A stretch of DNA of 64,000 nucleotides from a bacterium (GTDB lineage: Bacteria > Zhuqueibacterota > Zhuqueibacteria > Zhuqueibacterales > Zhuqueibacteraceae), in the NCBI GenBank assembly GCA_044869275.1, contig JBIOXB010000086.1, positions 32,001 through 96,000 of the forward strand, written 5' to 3'. The notes below the pieces were generated by a model. It was not told the origin of the DNA. It saw only the letters and a list, made by a program, of their open reading frames with translations, and searched no databases. The translations under genes and the position numbers were made by a program. Below, in pieces: positions 39,328 through 50,500 of the stretch (position 1 is its first letter; every line of letters starts with the position of its first letter).

Positions 39328-40305
39328 TCACACATGGTTGAGCAGCATCAATTCCTTGGGATGCGGATTCAAATAGACCTGATCGTGCAGATAGGGAAGC
39401 TCGAAGCGATGAAGATGATGCTTGATCAAAGTGACCGGCACGATCAGCGGCACCAGGCCTCTGTGATAATCGCTGATGAGCGCGTGCAGCTCCCGCTTGT
39501 CGTTGGCATGCAAGCCGGCTTTAAAATAACCCGCAATATGCATGAGCACATTGGTGTGCTTGCGCGTCGTAGCTTGGTGGCGCAAGGCGGCAAAAAAAAG
39601 ATCGGCGTATTTTTCCAACAGTTCTTTGGCGGGAAGCTTTTTCGCCGCGGCCACTAATTTTCCCAAAGCCCGCACGTGCGTCTCGCTGTGCGCCATCAAC
39701 AACAGCTTGTGGCGTGCGTGAAAATCGACGAGGCCGTTCAAGCGAAACGGCTTTTGCAGGAGCTCCCGCCAGCGCTGGTGCGAAAAAACGCGCACGATGA
39801 AGCCGGCGCGCAAACGCGGATCGTGCAAGCGCCCTTCATCCTCCACCGGCAAATGCGGCATTTTTTCCATGAGCACTGCCGCGAATATCCCCACGCCGGT
39901 TTTGCTCGGCGCACCGCCGTCGTGATAAACTTTCACGCGCTCCATGCCGCAACTGGGCGAGTCCTTTTTCAGGATGTATCCGTTCAAATCGTAATGTTGC
40001 AGTTGCTCCACCTTGGCCTGCGCGTAGCTTTTCATGCGGCGGGTGTGATCGATATTGGTTTTGGCCGTCACCAAGCGCAGTCCCGAAATGTCGGAGCTGC
40101 CCACCAAACGCAATGGCTCCCGCGGCGTGCCCAAACCGATCTCAACTTCCGGGCAAACCGCGACCCATTCAACGAAAGCGGCCAAGGCACCGGTGAGATA
40201 GGCATCTTTTTTGTGCCCGCCATCGAAGCGGACGCTCTCGCCAAGCAAACAAGTGCTGATGCCGATGCGAATTTTTTGAGAAGTCGTGCGCATGAGGTTT
40301 TTCAT
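39328..40305 (-). CDS. ybgA: DUF523/DUF1722 (YbgA-like) protein
   Basis: GISTCLLGESVRFDGGHK, CPEVEIG, SPSCG, HTNVLMHIAGYFK and YLNPHP motifs. Confidence 0.9.
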   Translation of the reverse strand: MKNLMRTTSQKIRIGISTCLLGESVRFDGGHKKDAYLTGALAAFVEWVAVCPEVEIGLGTPREPLRLVGSSDISGLRLVTAKTNIDHTRRMKSYAQAKVEQLQHYDLNGYILKKDSPSCGMERVKVYHDGGAPSKTGVGIFAAVLMEKMPHLPVEDEGRLHDPRLRAGFIVRVFSHQRWRELLQKPFRLNGLVDFHARHKLLLMAHSETHVRALGKLVAAAKKLPAKELLEKYADLFFAALRHQATTRKHTNVLMHIAGYFKAGLHANDKRELHALISDYHRGLVPLIVPVTLIKHHLHRFELPYLHDQVYLNPHPKELMLLNHV

Positions 40306-40608
40306 TGATCAGGTTGTGCTTTGGTCGCCCTCGAGGCTTTTCTTACGCTGGGCAATTTCCACCAGGACACATAAGGAAACTCGTGATGCTCCCAATGATA
40401 ACCGAAATGATAGCAGGACAAGCAAAGTCTGCAGCAGCATCGCCATGGGGATGACGATAGCGTTGCCGCTTTCCAGGTCGAGAGACAAACCGGCCCACAA
40501 ACAACAAAGCCACAGCGCGAGGATCGCCGCGCCGAGGGCGAAGCCCTGATAAGAATAATCGAGGCTCCGGCGAAATTTCCAATGCAAATTTTTCATAGGC
40601 GGCGTCAT
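40302..40608 (-). pseudogene. crtW: Beta-carotene ketolase remnant: N-terminus joined out of frame to the C-terminus by an internal deletion near 40422
   Basis: N-terminal GFALGAAILALW...AMLLQT, then in another frame LSCYHFGYHWEHHEFPYVSWWKLPSVR (third His box). Its TGA overlaps the ybgA ATG. Confidence 0.85.
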
Positions 40609-40767
40609 TCGCGCTGGGTGCCAATCTAAGCAAAACGATCCAGGTGTGCAAGCAGATGTTGGCCGGAGCTGTACTGCCCCGCTCCATGGGGCCGTGCCGG
40701 CGTCTCGCTTGCGGTCACGATGGTTGCGCTGCTTTTCTCAATAGGCAGCTGAGGCATGGCCCGGCAC

Positions 40768-40858
40768 TCAAGAGAGCATGACCAGAACGAAATAGCCCAT
40801 TTGTGCCAGATAGGCATGCGTTGCGACGGGCGGCAATTTTTTCGGAAAAACTTGCAGG
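40768..40858 (-). pseudogene. Possible C-terminal remnant of a CruF-like carotenoid biosynthesis membrane protein
   Basis: Frame LQVFPKKLPPVATHAYLAQMGYFVLVMLS* abuts the crtI remnant; resemblance is from memory only. Confidence 0.35.
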
Positions 40859-41222
40859 CGCGCGCCGGTAAATGCTTTCCGAGTACGACAAGAATTTCTA
40901 ATAGACTTCAGCATCGCCGGCAGATAGCCTCGCCATTTCGGTTTTCATCTTTTGCACGTTCATGCTGGTATCGAGTCTCGTGCCGTCGGGGAAAAAATAG
41001 CGGCAGACCGGGCCGAGCGGCACGATTTGCAGAAATTCCCGCCAAGAATGGCCGGCAAATGCAAACAGCTCTTCGCTGACGAACGGTATCGTCAATAATG
41101 ACGGTCCGGTATCGCAGCGATACTCTCCCAGCCGTACTTCATCCAGCTTGCCGCCGATAGTTTCGTTTTTTTCGAACACGGTTACTTCGAAGCCCATGCG
41201 CGCCAGGCGAATCGCGCCGGTG
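40859..41222 (-). pseudogene. crtI: Phytoene desaturase family (CrtI/CrtD) N-terminal fragment
   Basis: GAIRLARMGFEVTVFEKNETIGGK...DTGPSLLT; the GxGxxG start is missing; in-frame TAG at 40898-40900, after which KFLSYSESIY continues the homology. Confidence 0.85.
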
Positions 41223-42248
41223 CGGCCGCACCGGATCGAATACTTCTTCTTTCCCGTGGCTCTCCACTTTGAATGGTTTGGTAATGTAATGATCGCGATG
41301 GGCGTTATGCAAGCACATCGACAACGGTCCGTCGGGCGTCATCACCATGAACGAGCAGTTGTCGATGCGCTCCGGGTCGAGGCAATCGGCGTGCATGAAA
41401 TTGTGAATCATGAAGCTGAGCTTGTGCGCTTTGAACCCACTGCGCAGCAAATCCCACTTCATGCGCCACAAGTGCCGCGCCAAAAAGGGAAGGCCTTGCG
41501 CCAAAATGCCGGAATGCTTGAGAACGTGCCGCGCCACTTGCCGGACGGCTTTTTTCGGATTGCCGCGATCCAGGCCCAGACCCTCGAACTGCTCGTACAA
41601 TTTATTGATGATCCCGGGATCCCACCACAAATCGTAAGCATGGTTATGGCACACAAAGGCGTAGCCGATGCGATTGCAGGAGGGATGGCCGAGATCCACC
41701 ACGTCGAAGCTGATCTTGCGCCCGATGGTTTCGTTGATGATGCGAATGATGTTGCGCGGCTCGATGGCCTCCGGCCGGCCGTGCAGAATACCGCGGCCAG
41801 TGTCGGCTTGCAATTGAAAGCTGCACATGCCCACGACCTCCGCGTGCCGGATGAAAAATTTCACCAGCATCGGCAGCTCGTGAAAATTCGTGGCGCACAA
41901 AGTCGTGTTGAAAATCACGGCGAGCCCCAGGCCGCGCACGCGCTCGAGGTATTCTTCGCGAATCACGTTCAATTCCTGTTCCGAAGCATACTGCCGCTTG
42001 CTCTTGTCTCTCAAATTCTGCGTCATGTCAACGTGAAACGCGACGTCGCGCAAACCGGCATGCGCGAGTTTTGTCAACAATTCCCGCGTGGCTTTGATGC
42101 CGTTGGTGAGTAGTGCGGGTTGCAGGGTGAGGGAGGTACAATACAGCCTTTGCCAGGTTCGCGCCTGCGCCTCTTTTGCGCTGGGGAGGTGGCGGCCATT
42201 GTGGTTCGCGGGTAACACCGGCAGCCTTCGGGTCGGTGACAGGGACAT
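41139..42248 (-). pseudogene. Radical SAM protein with an in-frame deletion removing the CxxxCxxC motif; 3' end fused to crtI sequence
   Basis: TNGIKATR, VAFHVD, SFQLQADTGR, HNFM and CSFMVMT...SMCLHNA are present, but no CxxxCxxC or GG motif; apparent junction near 42143. Confidence 0.7.
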
Positions 42249-42353
42249 GGTTCCTCCTTGTGAGGTTTCAAGCTCCCGACGCATTGCACGGCACACGTGT
42301 AACGTTAGACGTGTAACGTGTAAGGCATAGTCAACTTCACCGGGTGGCTTGGA

Positions 42354-43130
42354 TCAGGGTTTTGCCTGTGCTTTCTTCCAATACATTTCCGCCAGTTTTT
42401 GCGGTGGCACGCCGAGAGCATAGAGAAATTGCAGATACAAGTTTTGACAGGTGCGCCACAGGTAGCCGTCTTGCTCGAAGCGGCGCGCGGAAGTGTAGAC
42501 TGGAAAGTTCAGAACGGCAAAACCTTCGAGCTTGTTCAAGCGCCGCACCAGCTCGAGGTCTTCCATTACGGGATAATCGTCGCGATAGCCACCCATTTCT
42601 TCGAACACCTTTCGCTTCACGAAAATCGCTTGATCGCCATAAGGCAGCTTCAAGACACGGCTGCGCAGGCTGACATAAAGCTCAAGATAACGGTAAACCC
42701 AGCGGGAATGATCGGCACGAAAGGCAAAAGCGCCAGCAACCAGTTGTGAATGCGCTCGCACCATGCGAAGAAAGCTGTGAAAGGAGGCCGGGGGCAATGC
42801 CGTGTCGGCGTGCAGAAAGATGAGCCAATCCCCGTTCGCGCATTTTGCCCCGGCATTCATTTGTCTAGCGCGACCGCAAGGCGCGCGCACCAATCGAATT
42901 TTCCCGTCACGATGGCAATGACTTTCGATGGCGGGTGCAGTGCCATCGCAACTGCCGCCGTCGGCGAAGATGATTTCAGCCTCGGGCAAGCGGCGCAATG
43001 ATTGGGCGAGGCCGCAGATATTGGCGGCTTCGTTGAGTGTTGGAATGATGATGGAGACGGACACCGGCCGCCGGGGCCGGGTGTTCAAGTGGTCTTCAAA
43101 TTCGGAAACCAGAGTCGCAGCCACTGGCAT
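42354..43130 (-). CDS. GT2 glycosyltransferase, TIGR04283-like (rSAM/selenodomain or arsenosugar-associated)
   Basis: SIIIPTLNEA, GRARQMNAGA, FLHADT, PYGDQAIF, MED and TSARR motifs. Confidence 0.88.
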   Translation of the reverse strand: MPVAATLVSEFEDHLNTRPRRPVSVSIIIPTLNEAANICGLAQSLRRLPEAEIIFADGGSCDGTAPAIESHCHRDGKIRLVRAPCGRARQMNAGAKCANGDWLIFLHADTALPPASFHSFLRMVRAHSQLVAGAFAFRADHSRWVYRYLELYVSLRSRVLKLPYGDQAIFVKRKVFEEMGGYRDDYPVMEDLELVRRLNKLEGFAVLNFPVYTSARRFEQDGYLWRTCQNLYLQFLYALGVPPQKLAEMYWKKAQAKP

Positions 43131-43214
43131 GCAGTGTCCTCCTAACCGGCAATGCGAATTGGAGCGAGGCTTTGCTATGGTCTGGTCAGCTTGAAGCGGC
43201 GGAGAGGGCCGCGG

Positions 43215-44024
43215 TTATTCGTTGAGGTCCCAGTCGTAATCGGTATGCTTGACTTTGAGCGTGGCCGCGTTCGCCAGCAGTTTTTGCGCTTGCTCTTCGG
43301 GTAAGTACTTGGCGATGAAATCCAATTCGCTTCTGCTGTTCTGGCGGAAATCATCTTTGAACCAATCGAAGATTTTTGAAATGTAAATTTCATTCTTCTC
43401 GAAATCGAAGCGGTTCTTCTCGGTTTGTTTCATGAAGAGCCGGCCTTGCTCGTCCAACTGCTCGTTCAAACGATCGGCGGTAAATGCTTCGGAACGCAGT
43501 GGCGGGCAGCTTTTCGCACCGCACACCAGCGCGAAGTGAATGCGCGCATCACCCATCGGGCGGATGATGTCGTTCTCAATATCGTTCAACGAATATTTCT
43601 GGCCGTTGATCTCAATGAATTTGTTTTTGAAGGTGCCGCCACCGGTGGCGTAGGAGAGTTTATTCATCAAGCTTTTGATGGGATATTTATTGAGCACGTA
43701 CTGAATCGTGAAGGCATTGTAGGCATTGATCCAGAACGCCAATTTCTCGTTGCCCGAGAGCGCGGCGGGATTTGTTCCTTGCAGAAACGCGAGGTATTGT
43801 GGAAAGCGCGCGTCGGTTTTAATCGCCTTGTAATCGACCACGCCATTTTTCACGTGATCCGCCAGCACTTGCGTGAATAACGCATGCGCCACGCCGTTGG
43901 GCGAAACCCGCGGCAGCGCAGCGTGGCCGGCGCAGATGAGCATTCCTGAAATGACCCCAAACGTGAGCAGCCCAGAAATTTTTCTTATGCCCCTGGCGAT
44001 AGGAAACAATAGTGGCAGTTGCAT
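43215..44024 (-). CDS. Secreted DUF547 protein
   Basis: LAFWINAYNA, RIHFALVCGAKSCP, SKIFDWF and YDWDLN motifs. Confidence 0.92.
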   Translation of the reverse strand: MQLPLLFPIARGIRKISGLLTFGVISGMLICAGHAALPRVSPNGVAHALFTQVLADHVKNGVVDYKAIKTDARFPQYLAFLQGTNPAALSGNEKLAFWINAYNAFTIQYVLNKYPIKSLMNKLSYATGGGTFKNKFIEINGQKYSLNDIENDIIRPMGDARIHFALVCGAKSCPPLRSEAFTADRLNEQLDEQGRLFMKQTEKNRFDFEKNEIYISKIFDWFKDDFRQNSRSELDFIAKYLPEEQAQKLLANAATLKVKHTDYDWDLNE

Positions 44025-44080
44025 GACAATTCCTCTTCGCGCAAGAACCATTTTGTAACAAATCAACTCCTATTTCATGT

Positions 44081-44152
44081 ATGCAGATTGAACGAATTAA
44101 GCGGATTTCAAAAACCTGTTTTTTCAGGATCACAATCCGTTCAATCCGCTTA
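44081..44152. repeat. Inverted repeat made of ~9-nt units
   Basis: GCAGATTGAACGAATTAAGCGGATT facing AATCCGTTCAATCCGCTT. Confidence 0.6.
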
Positions 44153-44475
44153 CATTTCTTTCATGAGCTGAATAGGCACCAATTTTTTTGTGGTGGTTCG
44201 TTACGGGACAATGCGCACCGGCAAGTTTCCCGGATACTTTTCTTAGGGAATACGATTGGGCAGAGCAATCGGATTGCGGGAAAATACCTCGGAGCATGCC
44301 ATAATATAGCAAGGGATATCTCAAATACAAGTGTGGAGTTCAGGATTGCCTCAGCTAGCGGTGGAGAAACTTAGCACCGTCATGCGAACGGCAAGCACGG
44401 GGCCTGCACGTTCGCATGTCACCAAGACCATGAGCAGGGGTTTGTGGTTCCCCGGAGAAAGGCGATGCTTATGCT

Positions 44476-47319
44476 CTATTTGATCAGCATCACGCGTCTC
44501 GTCAGCTGCACCGCGAAGCTGGCTCCCGGTACGTGATAGCGCAGTCGAATAATGTACGCGCCGGTACTCAATTCCGCACCCGCAGCGTTTCTGCCATTCC
44601 ATAGAACTTCGTGCCGTCCGGCGGGATACGGTCCCTGCACCAATTCACTCACTTGCCGTCCCATGAGATCGAAAACGGCCAAATCCACGTCGGCGTCTTG
44701 CGGTAGGGCAAAACTGATGCGCGCAGAGAGATTGAAGGGATTGGGATAGTTGCCCAGCTCAAAAGCAGCCGGCAAGCCGGCCAGCGTCGGGTGTGCGGTC
44801 GAATCATGCGACTCGCCGGATTTGGCAAGCGCCGCCGGCGCCGTGATGGAGAAATCATCAACGATCTGCACACCCTTCGTGGGCGTGCGATAAGCCGCCA
44901 GTTCATAGTAGAAGGCGTTCGCCCCAGTAAAATTGTCGGAGAAAATCGGCACGCCGGTGGCAGCCGTCTTGAAAGTGAAATCGCTGCTCATCGCAAGATT
45001 GCCCGCAGCGTCGCGCGATCTGGCGCGGTAATGGTAGGTGGTATTGGCAAGCAGACCGCTGAGCGTGATCGTGTGCGCAGTGACGCGATTGGGATCAAGC
45101 GCACTGAGCGAGCCGTAGCTCGCCGTGAGGCCATACTCGACTTGCGAGTCGCTCGCTTCGCTGGTATTCCACGTTATTACTGCTGAGGCAACCGTGAGAT
45201 TCCCGGCGCTCACGTTGGAAATCACCGGGGCGGTATTATCCGAGCTGATGATGAAGTTGGCATCGCTCCGATCCATGGGATCGGCGTCTTGGGCGTCGGA
45301 AACTCTTACCAGGGCTTGACTCGACACCGCATTGGGAATGGCCCAATCATGGCCGCCATCGTTGGCCGTCGCCGCCACAATTGTCGTCCAATTCGCACCG
45401 TTATCGCTGGAGTATTCCAATTTCACGCTGGCCAGTGTGCCGGTGGAATTCCACAGAATCGGCTGCACCGTGCCAACGGCCCAATTTTCTCCTCCGTTCG
45501 GGGAAACCAGCGTCAAAGTGGCTGGAGGAAGATCGCCGGCGGATCCTCCGAACGCCACGTGATATTGCGAGTGTCCCACCGGGATATGCACCACACCATA
45601 CATACGATAGTCCGTACCGTTGGCGACGATCACCGGCGAGGTGTAGGTCATGGGATTGTTAGGATAGGCAGTCCATGAAATCAAGTCTTGCGAGACGAAC
45701 AAGCCTCCCACCCAGTTGAGCCCGCCGGTATCATAATGTGCATAGGCGTGATAAACGCCATTGAGCTTGAGGATACTGTCGATGGCGAGGTCGAGTTGGT
45801 TTCCCAGTGGACCCGTCAGCACCGGATTATTGGCATTTCTCGTCCAATTTCTTCCGTCCGAAGAAGTTGCCAACCCCACCTGGCCGGCGTAAGCTTGTCC
45901 CAGCCCCTCGTACAGCATATACCAGACGCTGCCCTCTTTCCAAACTACGGGCGTGCCAACTTTGTCGTTCTCCCAACCGCGACTGCCGCGCGTGAGCACG
46001 GTGCCATAGCGTGTCCAATTGAGCTTGTCAGTTGAGGTGTAAAGATCGATCCGAGCGCCGTCGCCGGTAAACTCATCTTCGGCATACAAGTAGTAGGTAT
46101 TGCCGTTTTTGAGAACGGAAAAATCCTCCATCCAGTAGTTGGTTTGGATCGGGTTGCCGGCGTATTTTGTCCAGTTCACCCCGTCGCTGGAAGTGGCATA
46201 GCCCATATCGACGAGCGAAGGTGTAGAGCGATTATAGGTGCCGCGCCATCCGCCATACCACATATGATACAGGCCGTTTTCATACATAACCCAGCCGCGC
46301 TCGCGGATGTTTTCATCCGAGCTTCCGGCAGGCCCGGGGGTGAGTCTTGGATTGCTGCTCACCGGCGTAAAATTGACGAGTGCGCTCCGCGTGAGGACGA
46401 ACATGGCGTCGCTCACGTCGCTGGCGCCGCTCCCGCCAGAATCAGTAATGCGAATCAATGCCTGGTTTGATACGGTATCCGGGATGAGCCAGGCGAAAGA
46501 GCCGGTATTGGGAGCACTGTTCGTGATCGTGCTCCACCGGCTGCCGCCCAGGGTGCCGAGCTCTATTCTTAAGCTTGCAATTGTGGCCGTGGCATTCCAT
46601 GTAATGGTCTGGCTCGTGCCTGACAACCACCATTCTCCTCCGTTTGGAGAAACCAGTGCCACGCTCGGTGTGACATCCGGCAGTGAAACGGAAGTCACTG
46701 CGAGCGCAGAAATCTTGGGGTCTTCGACCACGCTGCCAAAGTTTATATCGAGAATGCCGTCACTCACCTCAACTTCGAAGGAATAGACGACCGCCACATC
46801 GTGGCCAATGGCGGCAAAGAGATCAAGGTTCCCTAGAACCAATTGGTTCTCGAGCAAGACATTGAAGACGCGCCGGCCGCTTTGTTGAAACCAAATTTCG
46901 GCAAAAAGCAAGTCAACGCGATAACGGCCGTTGCTCGGCACGGTGAAGCGGTAGGCCGGCATGCCCCAGCGTTCCGATTAATAGAGCAAATCGTCCGTGG
47001 TATTGGCAATGGGATCTGTCGTGGTGTAGGTGCCGCCACTACCCACATATCCCCATGAGCCGGCGGTGTAGGCGCGATCAGCCGCCCAGCTCTCGCCATT
47101 GGCGGAATAGGCGGGCCCACCGGCGTTGACCTTTTGGAGATACGCAGCAGGAGAAGGGTTCAAGAAAACGGCTTCAGCGCGCGTGCGCGACTTGTTTGCC
47201 GAGCCATGCACCGGCGGCAGGGTGATTTGCATCAACAGCAGGCTGGTACCCAGCAGAGCTGCAACTCTCAAGTTGCGATTTTGCCCCCATGGACGTTTTT
47301 GTCGCTCAATGGCTCTCAT
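44476..47319 (-). pseudogene. Secreted modular protein (malectin, two Ig-like domains, GH32/43-like beta-propeller, Fn3-like, FlgD-Ig CTD) interrupted by an in-frame TAA
   Basis: VNAGG...DDLLY*SERWG, with TAA at 46978-46980 where malectin has LYQSER; downstream ORF in the same frame; NYPNPFN C-terminal domain. Confidence 0.85.
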
Positions 47320-47536
47320 GACGACCTCCCTTGCGAAAGGCGCTCTCAGCGAATAATTCTGTTGTGAAGGAAAAGGAGACTCAGGACCGTATGGCTGGAA
47401 AAATGTATGGTTGCACTAACAAATTAGGCAAGTAAATATAACAAGATTGTTGAAAAAGACAAACTCTTTCTAGAAAAGCCAGATAGCCCCCAGATGTTTT
47501 CGCGAAAATGTCAGATTCGGGCACTTTTGGAAGAGC

Positions 47537-50500
47537 TCATTTGAGCAGCATGATTCTCCGTACCATTTGCGTGAAGTTTTGTCCTCCTTCGGGGCGATAG
47601 TGCATGCGCAAAAAGTACGTGCCGGTGCTCAGCGCCGCTCCCGCCTCGTTCTTTCCTTCCCATATCATTTCATGGCTGCCGGCAGGGCGCCATCCCTCCG
47701 CCAGCATTCTCACCTGGCGGCCCATGGCATCAAAAACCGCGACTTCAACCTGCGCGGCCGCGGGCAAATCAAAACGAATCCGCGTGGCAATGTTGAAGGG
47801 ATTGGGATAGTTGTGCAGGCCGAATGCAGCGGGCAGCGTGGCAACCTGGTGAACGCCATCCGGCGAGGCTTCGGAAGATTTTTCCTGACTCTTTTCGCTG
47901 ACGATGGCGAAATCATCCGCAACCAGCACGCCGTTCGCATTGGTGCGATAGGCTGAAAGTTCGTAGTGGAAGTTTGAATTCAAAGTGTAGCCGGGCAAGC
48001 CGAAGTTCTCGCGATACGTATCGATCCACGTTGCACCATTTAGGGAAGCCTCGAAGTGGATCTGCGTATCGTCCAGACGCAGCCGCAAATAGACTGCGCC
48101 GGGTATCGCCAGCGCGCCGGTGGCATCGAGGCCGCCGACCACGCCGTTTTTCTTCCACTGCACGTATAAGCGGTAATTTCCCGGTTGCTCGCGATAGACG
48201 TAGAAACGATACCAATTTTGCTGACCATAGATTCCGGCGGTTGAAGAGGCTTGATAAGTCGGCGACATGCCGAGGTTGCCGTCATTGTTCGGTTGCGTCA
48301 CTCTCACGGTGACGGTGGTGTTGCGCGCCGGGTAATTCTGCCGGGTGATCACCCAGCCCGATTGGGTGTTGTTGGAACGCAACTGCAATGCGCCGTTGGT
48401 GACGGCGGTCTGATTGCCGTTGTTACTGCCTCTTGTCCACTTGTTGAGATCGAGCGTGCTGGCATTGAAATTGTCGGCAAACAAAGTGATCGCAGACGAT
48501 GCCGTCGTGGTGAAACTGAGATCAGCGGAGGCAGATTCCAGATTGGCTGCGTCTTTAGCGCGGGCGCGATAATGATACGTGGTGCTGGGAGCCAAGCCGG
48601 TCAGCGTGAGCGCGTGCGAGACTGCGAGCGTGGCATTGCTCGCGCGAAAATCATATTCCGTGTTCACGTAGGCTTCACGCCAAGCCGCTGCCATGACCGC
48701 ATAGCCGGCGTCGTTGGGATGCACATGGTCGACGAACCATTCATTCGCCCAATTGGGATTCGCCAGAAATGCGGCACTGTTGTCCACCAGAAAAACGTCA
48801 TAGCCGGCATTTCTGCGTGTGGAAACGACGCCCGGCAATTGCGCGTTCACGGCCGCGTTGACGTTTTGCTTGCCGTCACGCCGGGGTATCAGGGTGGAAA
48901 GATAAACTTTCGTGGCCGGATCGAACTGCAAAATCGCATCGACAACGGCGCTGATCTCGCTGACGACCGTGCCGGCATCATCGCCCACCGAGACATCGTT
49001 CGTACCGAGGTGCAATAGCACGGCTTGAGGCTGTGACTGGTTCAAAAAACTTCCCAGCTCCGCGAAGATTTCATTCGCCAGCCAGCCGGCGTGTCCTTCG
49101 TGATCGAGATCGGGAATGCCGGCGCCATACTGTAAGCTCCCAACGAAATCGAAGCGCGAGCCGAAATCCGTCAGCGCCAGGTAGAGCGGCGCGCGATAAC
49201 CGGTGTCGTCGCTGCTGCCCGTGCCTTCAGTGATGCTGTCGCCCAGCGGCATCAGTGGAATGACGCCATGCGGCCGCGCATCGAACTCGACGCTGCCGTA
49301 GGCGCTTTCATTGGTGGTGAAGGTGACCTGGGCGCCAGTGGCCGTGATATTTTGCGCGACAATATTCGAGATGAGGGGTGCTTCCGTATCGAGCACTCCG
49401 GTCTGAAAAGTAAAGTCTTCACTCAACGCGAGATTGCCGGCGGCGTCGCGCGACCGCACGCGATAATGGTACAATGTACTGGGATTCAGATTGGCCAGTG
49501 CGACACTGTGTGCGGTGACGAGGGCGGCGTCAAGCGGCGAGAAAAACCCATAGCTCGCCGTCGGGCCATATTCGACTTGCGAATCGCTCGCTTCATTGGT
49601 ATTCCAGGTGACGGTTGCGGCGGTGGCGGTGATATTGCCCTCGCCCACTTGCGCGATCACCGGCGCTTGCGTATCCGAGCCGGGCGCAGAGGGATCGATG
49701 CTGAAATCATCGACTTGCAAGATACCTTTAACGTCGGTACGATACGCGGCCAATTCATAGTAAAATGGGCTGTCCAGCGAATATCCGGTCAGCCCGAAAG
49801 GTTCGCTGTAAGCCACTGCCCATGCGTTCCCGTCGAGGGAGAATTCGAAGTAGATGCGTGCCTCATCAAAACGTAGACGCATATAGAAGACGCCGTTCAG
49901 TACCGCGCTACCGGTCACGTCCATGCCGTTGACCACACCGCTTTTTTTCCATTGCACGAACAGCCGATATGGCCCGCTGGTGGCGTCGCGATACACATAA
50001 AAGCGGTACCAGGTGCCCTCATTGTAAATGCCGTTGGAAGAAGAAAGAGTGTAAGTCGGACTCATGCCAAGATTGCCGTCATTGCTGGGCTGCACGACTT
50101 TCACACTCACGGCCGTTTGGCGCGCCGCAAAAGCATCACGCGTGATCACCCAGCCGGTTTGCGCGAATTGCGAGCGCAGCTCTAATACATTGCCCGCGAC
50201 GCGGGAGAGGTTGCCGCTGTTCGCCCCACTGCGCCATTTATTGGTGTCGAGCGCATTGCCCGGAAAATCATCGGCAAGGATCGGCCCCGTTGCCGCCGTC
50301 GTCGTAAAAGACAAGATCTCAGATTGCGCACGATTACCCGCCAAATCCACCGAAACGACGCGGTAAAAATAAGTTGTTTGCGCTGTAAGATTCGCCAGCC
50401 CGGCGCTGTGATGGGTGCGCAAAATATTTTCAATATCAGTAGCCGAGCCCAGCGCCGAGGTCGTGCCGTACTCTACCTGCGAGGTCGCGATTTCATCCGT

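Noticed and set aside
40309..40608. 99-aa hypothetical protein as a genuine gene
   Set aside because: It is the crtW N-terminus read out of frame across a deletion.
40898..46980. Stop-codon reassignment (TAA/TAG read as Gln) to explain the two in-frame stops
   Set aside because: Many intact genes here terminate at TAA or TAG at their expected ends (selB, mutL, glgB, uppP), and both affected genes show other signs of decay.
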